Positions 36,399 to 49,363 of a DNA stretch of 49,363 nt are shown here, in pieces; the first letter of the stretch is position 1, and each line of letters opens with the position of its first letter. Origin of the DNA: Octopus bimaculoides (taxonomy: Eukaryota). A program made the position numbers and the translations under genes. Below the pieces are notes generated by a model. That model was given only the letters and a program-made list of their open reading frames with translations, was not told where the DNA came from and searched no databases. Location: the NCBI RefSeq assembly GCF_001194135.2, contig NC_068984.1, positions 79,788,995-79,838,357 on the forward strand. Direction: 5' to 3'.

Positions 36399-36949
36399 GT
36401 GTGTGCGTTTGTATAGGGAAAGTGTGTGTGAGAGAAAGGAAAGAAAAATCTAAACAGGTCTGAGTGCTGTTAAATAAGTATACCTTGTGTTGTACTTGTT
36501 CCTTCTGAATTAGAAAACAATTCCTTGTCACTCTTGCATTAGAAATACAGTAAATTGGACATAAGCTTGCTGTATTGTTATTTAGCAAAATGAGATAGAA
36601 AACATAAGTGCATGAACCCTCATAGGACATTCTATTCTAGTCTCCTTCAATCATTTGTCTATATCTTTGTTTACAGTTCCCAATGCACCAATTATTATTG
36701 GCACAATTATCATAGACACAACAGATTAGACAGTTTGGGAAGAAAAACTCCTAACATTGGGCTACAACAAGTAACCTTAGATGCCAAGAATCTTCCTAAA
36801 TATCTTAGCTGTCCTTAATAACAATTTTTTTCTGGAGCTGTACTAAACTGAGTTTTATACCTATTTCCTCTATCCATCTGTTCAGATCTTTAGGGAAAGT
36901 TCTTAATGCACCTATAGCTACTGGGATATATTTTACATTGTTATTGTTA

Positions 36950-37312
36950 TTTTTTTCTTTTTATCACAGGTTTTGTTGGAGCTCCTGAAGTCTTGCATGT
37001 GTAGCAGGCTTACTACTTGCAGCCTGTGGTACCATGCAATTTGCTCTTTTCAGTTATCTAATACTTCTCTGATTGTTCTGGGCGTGCCAAGGAGGCAAAC
37101 TGTTTGTAACAGTTCTACTGGGCACTCTATTCCAATTTCCTTTATATTCCTTTCGATGCCTTCTAATACTGTCCCCAAGGACCCAACAATAATTGGCACT
37201 ATCTTCACTATCTTCAGCCTATTTTGTACTGAAGAGGGTTGTATCTATCTATCTTTTTGTCTTCCTTCTTGACTATTTGTGGGTCAAAGGGGCATGCAAC
37301 ATCAACTATATA
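36950..37312 (-). mobile_element. RLE-type retroelement C-terminus and 3' UTR (5' part in gap)
   Basis: IVDVACPFDPQIVKKEDKKIDRY..KIVPIIVGSLGTV..LLQTVCLLGTPRTIREVLDN*. Confidence 0.85.
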
Positions 37313-38042
37313 NNNNNNNNNNNNNNNNNNNNNNNNNNNNNNNNNNNNNNNNNNNNNNNNNNNNNNNNNNNNNNNNNNNNNNNNNNNNNNNNNNNNNNNN
37401 NNNNNNNNNNNNNNNNNNNNNNNNNNNNNNNNNNNNNNNNNNNNNNNNNNNNNNNNNNNNNNNNNNNNNNNNNNNNNNNNNNNNNNNNNNNNNNNNNNNN
37501 NNNNNNNNNNNNNNNNNNNNNNNNNNNNNNNNNNNNNNNNNNNNNNNNNNNNNNNNNNNNNNNNNNNNNNNNNNNNNNNNNNNNNNNNNNNNNNNNNNNN
37601 NNNNNNNNNNNNNNNNNNNNNNNNNNNNNNNNNNNNNNNNNNNNNNNNNNNNNNNNNNNNNNNNNNNNNNNNNNNNNNNNNNNNNNNNNNNNNNNNNNNN
37701 NNNNNNNNNNNNNNNNNNNNNNNNNNNNNNNNNNNNNNNNNNNNNNNNNNNNNNNNNNNNNNNNNNNNNNNNNNNNNNNNNNNNNNNNNNNNNNNNNNNN
37801 NNNNNNNNNNNNNNNNNNNNNNNNNNNNNNNNNNNNNNNNNNNNNNNNNNNNNNNNNNNNNNNNNNNNNNNNNNNNNNNNNNNNNNNNNNNNNNNNNNNN
37901 NNNNNNNNNNNNNNNNNNNNNNNNNNNNNNNNNNNNNNNNNNNNNNNNNNNNNNNNNNNNNNNNNNNNNNNNNNNNNNNNNNNNNNNNNNNNNNNNNNNN
38001 NNNNNNNNNNNNNNNNNNNNNNNNNNNNNNNNNNNNNNNNNN

Positions 38043-38238
38043 GGGTGACACGTAAAAGCACCCACTACACTCTCTGAGTGGTTGGCGTTAGGAAGGGCAT
38101 CCAGCTGTAGAAACTCTGCCAAATTAGACTGGAGCCTGGTGTTGCCATTCGGTTTCACCAGTCCTCAGTCAAATCGTCCAACCCATGCTAGCATGGAAAG
38201 CGGACGTTAAACGATGATGATGATGATGATGATGATGA
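38043..38238 (+). mobile_element. RTE 3' end with (GAT)n tail
   Basis: Near-identical to the other RTE tails. Confidence 0.9.
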
Positions 38239-38253
38239 TATATATATATATAA

Positions 38254-38402
38254 GGTTTCTTTCAGTTTTTGTCTACCAAATCCACTCACAAGGCTTTGGT
38301 TGGCCTGAGGTTATAATAGAAGACACTTGTCCAAGGTGGCACGTAGTGGGACTGAACCCGGAACCATGTGGTTGGGAAGCAAGCTTCTTATCACACAGCC
38401 AC
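38254..38402 (-). mobile_element. tRNA/CORE-like SINE
   Basis: Well-preserved copy of the 12346 family. Confidence 0.85.
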
Positions 38403-39674
38403 AACAACAAAACCTTATATGGACCTCTAAGGGTCATATGGACCCTGGTTGAGAACCACTGGACTAAACTCTTCAAGACTGTGCCCCAGCATGGCCACAG
38501 TCCAATGACTGAAACAAGTAAAAGATGAAAGATACACCAGTATTAGTTTCTTTTATTCTACTGCTTGCCCAGCATGACTCGCTGTACTGCTGGTAGCTGA
38601 GCCATACTAAATGTAGCTACCTCTATCCTCTAAGTCTGCTTGAAAACAACTAAATGATGCTACTCAACATCTACAAGAATCTGTAAAAGCAAAGCAGGAA
38701 CAACAACAACAAAAAAAAAGCTGAAAACTAATGTAATTGGATAATTAGCAATTAGCTTTGCTGTTTGATTCATGCTACAGATTAAACTGCTTGAAGGCAT
38801 ATAGGTTCTGGAAATTTCTAGAGAACTCTAGTACTTTAGTACCTCTCTTAACTCAAATGAAATCAAAATAAATTCTTATGTCTACGTCTTTTGAATATTT
38901 CTTTATCTTTAAGAGACTGTAACCGATAATTCCATTTGGTTTTGATATAGAACACAGAATCAATAACGTGTTATTCTATTTTAGAAATGACAATTTCTTT
39001 TCTTTACATTCTTTTGTTGTTGTTATTGTTGTTGATGTACTTCTTATCACTCTAGATTATATTTTGAACTATTAATCTGTAGAAAAACTGAAAATAAATC
39101 ATAATTTAACCTCTAATAGAATCTACTCAGCCAGGAATAATTGCATCTTTGAAGTTAATTGCATGGTCTCAGGAAACTGCATAAATCAGTGTCTCTAATT
39201 GCCCTAAAGTACTAACAGAGGTGCAGTAATTACCAAAATTGCAATCAAATCTATGAGTTGGCTAATTGTTAACGTGGGTTAGATTAAGGTTAATGAAGCA
39301 TTTAATTCTTGGCTGTTATTCTATTCCCCTATCATTTACACTTTGTTACATTGTCACTGGATACAGACAATAGATTTAAATCTCAATATGTGCTTGTCAT
39401 TTTCTTAGGTGCATTGTAAGATTTGAAATGTCTTTTTACTTTTTCTTTCTTTCTTTCTTTTTTTTTTATATATATATATCTGACACATGACTTATTTTGC
39501 AGCAAAGGATAGTCGGTGCCAGATTGAGTTATTGACAAGTTCTTCAATTAGTTGTTATCGCTAGTTTGGAATTCTACTCTTATGGTGTTTTACCTTTACC
39601 TTCATAAGTATAAACTACACTTACTGCCTACTTATCTCACATACACACACATTCGACAGAAAAGGACTAACAAA

Positions 39675-39880
39675 GGTGGCGAGCTGCCAGAAACATTAGC
39701 ACGCCAGGCGAAATGCTTACCGGTATTTTGTCTGCCTTTACGTTCTGAATTTAAATTCCGCCAAGGTCGACTTTGCCTTTCATCCTTTCAGGGTCGACAA
39801 ATTAAGTACCAGTTACGCACTGGGGTTGATCTAATCGACTTAATCCTTTTGTCCGTCCTTGTTTGTCACCTCTAGACTTG
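39675..39880 (+). mobile_element. Meta/MESC-like tRNA SINE
   Basis: ggtggcgagctgccagaaacattagcacgcc..gtcgactttgcctttcatcctttcagggtcgacaaattaagtaccag. Confidence 0.85.
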
Positions 39881-39937
39881 TAGGCTAACCAAATCCTTGT
39901 GAGTGTATTTGGTTGACTGAGACTGAAGGAAACCTGT

Positions 39938-39976
<39 letters not shown>

Positions 39977-40910
39977 TTAAAGAGTTCCAACTCTGTTTTT
40001 TATGTTTTATTTATAAAATTAATGTGGGATATAGAATATGGAATATATAATATAAATAGTAAAATGAAATGAAGTATTGAATGTCTTATTGAATATATGA
40101 AATATTGAATATCAAATATAGAGTATAAAATATATAAGGACTAGTATACTTTCCTGCCTCATGGCAGTCCTCAAGGTCCCGTCTGACACAGAGAGAGAGT
40201 GAGTGTGTGTGATAGCTTAGGTGTAACAATATTAATAATCTGCTATTACTATAAGAACTTAGTGTATATATGCTTCAAAATAAAGTGTTTGTTGACTACT
40301 GAATGTGTTATGAAATTAATAGAATGACAAGAGAACAGAAATTATGTAATCAACTTCATTAGCTTACAGTTATTTCTGCTATAAAATCAGTGCACTCAGA
40401 GAGGAGTATTTGTGCATTATCTTATAGCTTCACTGAAGCTTTTAAAATGAAGAGCATGTGTATTTGTGAAAGCATTTGAATACATGGAAAAAGATCACCA
40501 TCAAAAAGATAAAAATACAGAAGAAATGGCATATGGAATCTGAAGGATAGAAGCCACTCCCAGAAGAATATCCAGAGTTAAATAATCATATGTATATATG
40601 CACAGGTGTGTAATAAACACAAAAATAACCAGTTATTTGCATGCACACAGAAATGTACTGAGAATATGTATATTAAACACATTTATCACATACTTGGAGA
40701 CTTCAGCTGCACTTAATTATAATTCTTACTATTGCAGTTGTACTAATCGTTATTTTTATTTTTCATTATTAGTATTTATATTGTTTTTGGAAACTATGCT
40801 ACCTTCCTTGATTCTCCTAAATATTAAGCTCTTCTATTCAATTATCCAAAATGCCTCTTATACTTTAGCACAACATGATCTATAATCTAACCTAGATTGT
40901 CTAAATTGAT

Positions 40911-41001
<91 letters not shown>

Positions 41002-42363
41002 GTGTATTTATGTGCGTGCATATATCTTCTCAACCTTATATGCATAGATATATGTAAACATTTACGTGTGCACAATCAATTTCCTTTTAATTATTTGCTC
41101 AAAACCTTTTACCTGTGTATGTATAATATATNNNNNNNNNNNNNNNNNNNNNNNNNNNNNNNNNNNNNNNNNNNNNNNNNNNNNNNNNNNNNNNNNNNNN
41201 NNNNNNNNNNNNNNNNNNNNNNNNNNNNNNNNNNNNNNNNNNNNNNNNNNNNNNNNNNNNNNNNNNNNNNNNNNNNNNNNNNNNNNNNNNNNNNNNNNNN
41301 NNNNNNNNNNNNNNNNNNNNNNNNNNNNNNNNNNNNNNNNNNNNNNNNNNNNNNNNNNNNNNNNNNNNNNNNNNNNNNNNNNNNNNNNNNNNNNNNNNNN
41401 NNNNNNNNNNNNNNNNNNNNNNNNNNNNNNNNNNNNNNNNNNNNNNNNNNNNNNNNNNNNNNNNNNNNNNNNNNNNNNNNNNNNNNNNNNNNNNNNNNNN
41501 NNNNNNNNNNNNNNNNNNNNNNNNNNNNNNNNNNNNNNNNNNNNNNNNNNNNNNNNNNNNNNNNNNNNNNNNNNNNNNNNNNNNNNNNNNNNNNNNNNNN
41601 NNNNNNNNNNNNNNNNNNNNNNNNNNNNNNNNNNNNNNNNNNNNNNNNNNNNNNNNNNNNNNNNNNNNNNNNNNNNNNNNNNNNNNNNNNNNNNNNNNNN
41701 NNNNNNNNNNNNNNNNNNNNNNNNNNNNNNNNNNNNNNNNNNNNNNNNNNNNNNNNNNNNNNNNNNNNNNNNNNNNNNNNNNNNATACATACATACATAC
41801 ATACATATATATATATATATGAATTGTAAATGCAAAAAATAAAAACAAAAACACAAAGGATTCTGTGGTACACGTGTTTCAAGCTTTATATCAGTGTATA
41901 ATTGACAATACAAAGCTATCTTCCGCCTCTAACATTTACTTATATATATATATATATATATATATGGTGAGTCTGTTTCACCTACTTCTGATAATATATA
42001 TTTACACATATATATGTGAGTGTGTGTGTGTGTGTGTATGTGTGTGGGGGGAGTTAAACGAAACAAGAAAAAAAGATAAAGATATAAACATTTCCCGTGA
42101 GAGAAGACATATATATACAGATTACTTGCTGACAGAACACCAACCTGACATCTAACAAAGCACAAAATGTGAAAGCATATGGAAACAATAAATGCAACAT
42201 TTTGCAATCAAAGAGCTTTTTGTCTATACATATAATGTGTCGAATTATTTGTCAGGTAAAAACTTTACATTTCTCTGACTTGTGATCCATGATAAATTAC
42301 TTCATTCACATTCAACAGTTATCACACTATTAAGGATATTTCATTCTTATCTGCTCATATATA

Positions 42364-42410
<47 letters not shown>

Positions 42411-42420
42411 TTTATATTTT

Positions 42421-42600
42421 ATTTGTTTCAGTCATTAGGCTGTGGCTATACTGGGGCATCACCTTGAATCTTTAGTTGAATGAATCGACCCAAGTACTTA
42501 TTTTTAAAGCCTGGTACTTACTGTATCAGTAACTTTGGCCAAACTGTTAAGACATAGGGATGCAAACACACCAACACCAGTTGTCAAGTGGTATGTGACA
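42421..42600 (-). mobile_element. SINE-like 3' portion with CR1-type tail
   Basis: Minus-strand end gtgatgccccagtatagccacagcctaatgactgaaacaaat resembles the CR1 end at 203-250; same motif at 38470-38530 (+). Confidence 0.6.
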
Positions 42601-42832
42601 AACACAGACACAAAGACACACAAATACATAGATACATACATACATATATATATATACATATATATCTATATATACATACATATATATACATGACGGGCTC
42701 CTTTCAGTTTCCATCTACCAAATCCATTCATGTGGTGATGGTCAGCCTGATGTTTTAGCAGAAGATACTTGCTCAAGGTGTCTTGCAGTGAGTGCATGGG
42801 TGCATTTATGCAGCACCAGCACCTATATATTG

Positions 42833-43212
42833 TGGCACTCTGTCGTTTACAACGACATGGGTTCCAGTTGATCCAATCAATGGAACAGCTTGCTCGTGAA
42901 ATTAACATGCAAGTGGCTGAGCACTCCACAGAAAAGTGTATCTTAGCATAGTTCCTGGGGAGATTCAGCATGACACAGAGTGTGACAAGGCTGGCCCTTT
43001 GAAATAAAGGTACAAGAGAAACAGGAAGAAAGAGTGAGAGAAAGTTGTGGTGAAAGAATACAGCAGGGTTCGCTACCACCCCCTGCCAGAGCCTCATGGA
43101 ACTGTAAGTGTTTTCACTCAATAAACACTCATGACGCCCGGTCTGGGAATCAAAACCATGATCCTAAGACCGTGAGTCCACTGCCCTAACCACTGGGACA
43201 TTGCGCCTCCAC
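42833..43212 (-). mobile_element. Full-length tRNA-derived SINE
   Basis: Reverse complement of the 30673-31046 family. Confidence 0.9.
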
Positions 43213-43236
43213 ACATATATATACACATACATATAT

Positions 43237-43565
43237 GGCCAGTACCACCTGACTGGCCTTCGTAGGATTTTCGAGCGAGATCGTTGCCAGTGCCCCTGGA
43301 CTGGCTCCTGTGCGGGTGGCACATAAAATACACCATTTTGAGCATGGCTGTTGCCAGTGCCACCTGACTGGCCTTCGTGCGGGTGACATGTAAAAGCACC
43401 CACTACACTCTCTGAGTGGTTGGCGTTAGGAAGGGCATCCAGCTGTAGAAACTCTGCCAAATCAGATTGGAGGCTGGTGTTGCCATCCGGTTTCACCAGT
43501 CCTCAGTTAAATCGTCCAACCCATGCTAGCATGGAAAGTGGACGTTAAACGATGATGATGATGAT
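43237..43565 (+). mobile_element. RTE 3' UTR with (GAT)n tail
   Basis: Repeat units plus the conserved terminal ~170 bp. Confidence 0.9.
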
Positions 43566-43975
43566 ANNNNNNNNNNNNNNNNNNNNNNNNNNNNNNNNNN
43601 NNNNNNNNNNNNNNNNNNNNNNNNNNNNNNNNNNNNNNNNNNNNNNNNNNNNNNNNNNNNNNNNNNNNNNNNNNNNNNNNNNNNNNNNNNNNNNNNNNNN
43701 NNNNNNNNNNNNNNNNNNNNNNNNNNNNNNNNNNNNNNNNNNNNNNNNNNNNNNNNNNNNNNNNNNNNNNNNNNNNNNNNNNNNNNNNNNNNNNNNNNNN
43801 NNNNNNNNNNNNNNNNNNNNNNNNNNNNNNNNNNNNNNNNNNNNNNNNNNNNNNNNNNNATATATATGCACATGCGTGAAATTAAAAATATGAAATGACA
43901 ACAATTTACCCACCCCACCCTCAATGTGCGTGTGTGTGTGTGTGTGTGTGTGCGCATATGTGTGTGCACGCGCAT

Positions 43976-44034
<59 letters not shown>

Positions 44035-44671
44035 CCACACAACAGGATTTCCACAGTTTCTGTCTAGGAAATATTGGTTGGCTCAGTCTATTGCAGAAAT
44101 ATGTTTTGTTTCTTTCTATGACTTGACATGTGTTCGCGCGGACACACACACACACACACGCGCGCGCGCAGAGACAAATACACACATATAACTTGAATAC
44201 GTAACTCTAAGTCTGACAAAAGATGTTTTCTGAAACTTATTATTTCGGATTAAATTTGAAGAAGTGTGGAGTTACGTTATATATATTTATTGTAGTTGAT
44301 TCAAAACATAAAGTTGTTTGCTTCATTTGAGAAGTAAAATAAAAATTTCAAAAACTAACTTAATTATGGAAAGTTTAGAATACATATAGTTAGTAAACAA
44401 GGAAAGTATGTGACAACAGTTTGAACAAAATTTTTGTAATAAACAATACTATATGTAGATATATGTGGAGAATATGATACAAGACAATCTTCTACAAAAT
44501 GAAGAAGAAATTGATAGAAATAAATGTGAATGTGGTACATAGATTTTGAAAAATTGGTATTGTAAATAACTCTGAACTATCAGAGATAACATTGATAAAA
44601 TATGTCAGGTGATATAGCAAATATGATGTGGTCCATGTTCTGAAGCAGCTCTCTTTTAGAGTCAACCTCAG

Positions 44672-44710
<39 letters not shown>

Positions 44711-44920
44711 TACATAGTAATATATATGTGTGTACATATATATATATATATATATTAAAGTAATAAAATTTATGTCTTGTCATAAAGTGACCAATGGTTT
44801 TGCATCCATGAAGGCTGAAGCTTTTGTGGAAAACTCATGAAACACTAGTCCGAAGACAAACTGCTTTACTGCTCTATATTCTAGAGTGTGCTTCTTTTTT
44901 GGATATATGATACCTTGGTG

Positions 44921-44963
<43 letters not shown>

Positions 44964-45204
44964 NNNNNNNNNNNNNNNNNNNNNNNNNNNNNNNNNNNNN
45001 NNNNNNNNNNNNNNNNNNNNNNNNNNNNNNNNNNNNNNNNNNNNNNNNNNNNNNNNNNNNNNNNNNNNNNNNNNNNNNNNNNNNNNNNNNNNNNNNNNNN
45101 NNNNNNNNNNNNNNNNNNNNNNNNNNNNNNNNNNNNNNNNNNNNNNNNNNNNNNNNNNNNNNNNNNNNNNNNNNNNNNNNNNNNNNNNNNNNNNNNNNNN
45201 NNNN

Positions 45205-45257
<53 letters not shown>

Positions 45258-45260
<3 letters not shown>

Positions 45261-45400
45261 GGTTTTTTTTAGTTTCCAAATTCCTTCCTAAGGCAGCCTG
45301 GAGCTATCATAAAAGACTATTATCCAAGGTGCTGCACAGTGGGACTGAACTGAAGACAACAGGATGTTTACAAGCAAACTTTTTTTTACCATGCAGTCAA
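45258..45400 (-). mobile_element. Degenerate tRNA/CORE-like SINE
   Basis: agaagact-like..ccaaggtgctgcacagtgggactgaac aligns to the 12346 family. Confidence 0.65.
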
Positions 45401-45419
45401 ATATGTTTTGTAACAGGTG

Positions 45420-45807
45420 TAAGATGCAGCTGTGTGGTTATAAGGTTTGTTTCTCAATTACAAGCATTTAGTTTCAGTCCCACTGTGTGGCAGTATGGAC
45501 AAGTGTCTTTCACCATTGCCCCATGCTTGTACGTGTGTGTGTGTGTGTGCCTCCTTATCTTGATGTTTCATGATAGTTGTAAATGAGTGCCACTGTCGTA
45601 CAAGCAGTGTCATTATTCTTTAATCCTCCTTGAAAATATGTCTGTGTCATACAGATGTATTACTTTGCTTGGAAACAAGTGAGACTTGATGATAAGAAGG
45701 GCATCTGGCTTTAAAAAAAATTGCTCCACTGAATTCCATTTGACTCATGCAAGCATAGAAAAGTGGGTTTTTAAAATTACGACAACGATGACGGTGATGA
45801 TGACGAC
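45420..45807 (+). mobile_element. tRNA/CORE-like SINE with RTE-type 3' end
   Basis: Head gtttcagtcccactgtgtggc..ggacaagtgtcttt; tail gaagggcatc..catgcaagcatagaaaagtgg..(GAT/GAC)n. Confidence 0.7.
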
Positions 45808-46042
45808 ATCACAGTTAGATAGTAAAATCGGTTTTATTAATAGCATTATTGACATCATGTTTTACAGAAGCTCTTTTGATGTTATGCTATTTTCTGTTGA
45901 AATTGGTCTTGGATTATCGTTGCCTTTCATCCTTATGAGCTGATAAAATAATTTTAGTTGACTTATCTTCTCATTTTAATATCTTGGCCTTGTTCCCTGT
46001 CAAAGGAGATCAGATCTGTCTATCTATCTATCTATCCATCAT

Positions 46043-46089
<47 letters not shown>

Positions 46090-47619
46090 CACATACATAC
46101 ACATGCACACAAATGGTCAGAGGAAAAGTAATGAGTATAACATATCAAATATACTGAAGGGTGAAATAAGTTGATAGTAAAAGCTATTTGTATAAGAAAT
46201 GACTAAAAACACTCCAATTGAGAATCTTATTGAAATCACTGAAAAAAATAAGTCCGAAGGCCATTTGAAAATTTGGCACTATGGAAAATATGGTAACTCT
46301 TCATGTATTCTAAGTTATTTTTAACCACTGATTTTTGTCATACTGAGTTGTAATTTTGGCAGATAATATGAAATACCCAAGAGCAGTAGAAATTCTGGTG
46401 TTGATAGTGAGCCAGATATTCAGATAATTTCCAGTATGATAGCTAGTATGGAAATCCTCGTTTTATGGCTTCCTACAGTAATCATTTTTACTCTTCAACT
46501 TTTGCTAAGGTTGATGGAATAAGTAGCTGTACCTGTAATATACACCTGAAGGGGAATTATAATTCAATCACTAGAGCACACTTAGACTTTCAAGGTAAAA
46601 AAAAAAAAAAATTGCTTTGTTCCCTACAGATGGAAATCATTATCAAGGCATGCACATCAGATTGCAGAGAAGAATAGCATGCAAGCATGTGCATTTGCAT
46701 ATATACACGTTAGAAAATAGTTTTAAAGGAAACATTGAAGTGCCTGAATTTGTGGTATCTTTAATGTGTGCATGAAAACGTCTGTGTGTTGTAAATAATT
46801 TAAAAATTGTTCACTTGGCTCTTGTCATTCAGTAAATTTTAATTGAATTTTTCACTCAATTATTTCTTCTGATGACTTCCTGGTGAGAATCTGAGTAGTC
46901 TCTGTTTAAATTGATGAATTCCATTATTTGGTGTTTGTCTATATAGGTGCATTCATGCATGTGTGTGTCTGTATATATATTTATATATATGCATGAATTT
47001 TAGCATATATATACCTACACAGCACACACATATACACACATATATCAGTACAAACATACATACATTTATAAATTGTGTGTGTATGTATGTATTTAATGGT
47101 AAAATCTGAAATTCAAAGAAACCAGTGATAATGAGTTTCATCAACAATGAGTCCATAGGAGAGTTCCTTAAAGATTTCTGTTTGTCTAGTAGCCGTGAAT
47201 TTGTAACAATTTGTAACATCAGTGACTTGGAATTTCTTAAGAGATGTATCAACAACAAAGGTGACAATGATATATGCTATGAAAGCACTGCTTTTCAATA
47301 AATATTCTGCCTGAGTCAAAAGGTCAGATGTCATGGATTCACTCAATGACAGTATGGGGTTGTTTGACAGTGCTGAGATATGTGATTCTATGAGGATGTA
47401 TATCCTAGAACAAGAAACGTATCACAAAAGCTTCAGGCTTATAAAGAGACCATGATTTGGCTACATTCCAGCATACCAATAGACATATACTAAATACACT
47501 TAGAAATAGATAACAAAATCTTGGACAATGCACTGCTCTTCTTCATTAAGCACAAAAAGGCTGCTTATATTCTTAACTCCTCACTTTCTCTCATCATTCA
47601 GTAATATTATTTGGTTCGC

Positions 47620-48098
47620 ATGTCCCTTTTCATTGGCACCAGCACCAGTGGAGCACTAAGAGCACCCTCCGAGCGTGATCATTGCCAGAGCAGCTGTCTG
47701 GCTTCCGCGCCAGTGGCACGTAAATAGCACCATTTGAGCGTAATCATTACCAGCGTTGCCTTCCTGGCACTTGTGCCGGTGGCACGTAAAAAGACATTCG
47801 AGCAAGGTCATTGCCAGTGCCGCCGGACTGGCTCCTGTGCAGGTGGCACATAAAATACACCATTTTGAGTGTGGCCGTTGCTAGTACCGCCTGACTGGCG
47901 TTCGTGCCGGTGGCACATAAAAGCAACCACTACACTCTCAGAGTGGTTGGCGTTAGGAAGGGCATCCAGCTGTAGAAACTCTGCTAAATTAGATTGAAGC
48001 CTGGCGTAGCCATCTGGTTCACCAGTCCTCAGTCAAATCGCCCAACCCATTCTAGCATGGAAAGTGGACATTAAACGATGATGATGATGATGATGATG
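47620..48098 (+). mobile_element. RTE 3' UTR with four ~65-bp internal repeats and (GAT)n tail
   Basis: Repeated ggcac.taaa..gagc..ttgccag..ctggc..gtgc.ggt units followed by the conserved tail. Confidence 0.9.
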
Positions 48099-49363
48099 TT
48101 TCCCTTTGAATAATTAATCATTTTCCCATTAATCACTGATTCAGAAAAATATTCCATAAAAATAAACTAAGACTGAATTACAGCTGTGCTATGAATATAA
48201 AATATTCTATGACAAATAAATCTACAAAATTAACCATGTTTATCTGCACATGCAGAAATGTAAATATATGCCCTTTTAATTAATTATACAATACTGAAGT
48301 GATTATCCATCAAATTAGACCTAAACAGCATGTGTAAATGCTATGTAGGTATGGTGAAAGATAAATTTAATGATATTTCAACTACAATTCTTCCTTCAAA
48401 AATTTGTAAAGGAATAACATAAGAAAACTATACCAGGATGTCAAAAGAACAGTTATTTATAACATGAGTCCTTACCAACTTTAAGTCATTAACTTTTCCT
48501 TATTTATACATTAGAGCAGAGTTTACAACACAACAACTAATTACAAGATGCAGTTCATTTCTGTACAAATTTTAACAATCTTATTGTGCTTATTAAGGCT
48601 GGTTCAACCCAAAACTTTGTGCAAGCATCTTGTGCTTGCACAAAGTTCTATGCAGTGCAAGCAAAACCAGAAATGTAATTGTGAGGTAAACTCCAAGCCA
48701 TACATTGTATCTTAATTCCATATACTTGTCTATCTCACCATCAGCTTGGTTACTTATGGCCCTTGGAAAAATGTAGCTCAATTATTTATCTTTTCACTGA
48801 CAAACTGATCGTCACATACTTACAAATACACACACATACACACACATACATGAATATACACACACACACAAGAAGCCTCATAATAATGAATACACAAGAA
48901 GTACCTATCTATACAAACATTAACTAACACATTAGCCTTGTCTGTCAGAAATATTTTCAAAGCAGCTCAATTGAACCAAACCTCTAGCCCTACCCTGTAC
49001 CAACCAAGTGAAATATATTGAAGTAAAACTGTTCACACTTTTGGTTCCTAGCTAACAACTTCGTTAAAATCTTCAGGTTCAGTTTTGTCATTTGTTATTC
49101 AGCAAGTTTTCAAGTTTTCCTATATATTTTCCGACATAATAATCTTTTTCATTCTCTGATGATTTATTTCTAGTCATTTAAGCATATGTTAAGATGTATT
49201 TATTTGGAAGTTCTTGTTTCGTCAATCTGTTTGTGCTTTGTCATTTGTCTGTTTGTTGTTTTTTTAGCCTAGCTGTACCTATCATCTCTTCATCTTTACT
49301 CAACATGATTAAAATCTGAAGTAGCTTTTGACAAGATTTTGACCTCACAATTGAAGTGGTTAA

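Larger units (their letters stand above)
3004..45204. other. Twelve assembly gaps: 3004-3390, 5355-5915, 15645-16526, 17768-18104, 21971-22144, 27942-28198, 33168-33691, 34800-35080, 37313-38042, 41132-41785, 43567-43859, 44964-45204
   Basis: N runs, mostly abutting (TA)n or repeat copies. Confidence 0.99.

Noticed and set aside
38440-38462. hAT-like terminal motifs (ggttgagaaccactg; also 7069 and ~26692)
   Set aside because: No paired ends or 8-bp TSDs identified; too short to call.
2901-45586. Long ORFs in the track containing X runs
   Set aside because: Artefacts of N gaps and flanking (TA)n/(CA)n; no coding evidence apart from the TE fragments listed.
48593-48781. 62-aa minus ORF with a hydrophobic stretch
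   Set aside because: Non-ATG start directly after a stop, no convincing splice sites and no recognisable family.

Overview
AT-rich, microsatellite-dense eukaryotic DNA with 12 assembly gaps (about 5.3 kb of N). The repeat repertoire strongly suggests an octopus/coleoid cephalopod draft genome (inference; no search run). I find no supportable host protein-coding gene. Every recognisable protein fragment is a decayed transposon: RTE, CR1-group, RLE-type (Dong/R4-like) non-LTR elements, a Penelope-like GIY-YIG linker, and a DD37D (maT) Tc1/mariner. The window also holds many tRNA-derived SINEs, a Helitron-like element and a MITE. Most notable: (1) a tRNA-headed element carrying a degenerate minimal Penelope-type hammerhead, arranged head-to-head with a truncated copy (1560-1940); (2) a ~470-bp inverted pair of Penelope-like terminal repeats, each with a hammerhead core and a 72-nt stem-II insertion (14339-15490); (3) co-oriented RLE retroelements of several families stacked in (TAA)n microsatellites (33781-35600 and elsewhere); (4) twin-priming-like inversions of RTE 3' ends; (5) one non-coding exon-like segment with strong splice sites (1263-1388, minus). 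Family names rest on recalled motifs, not database hits.
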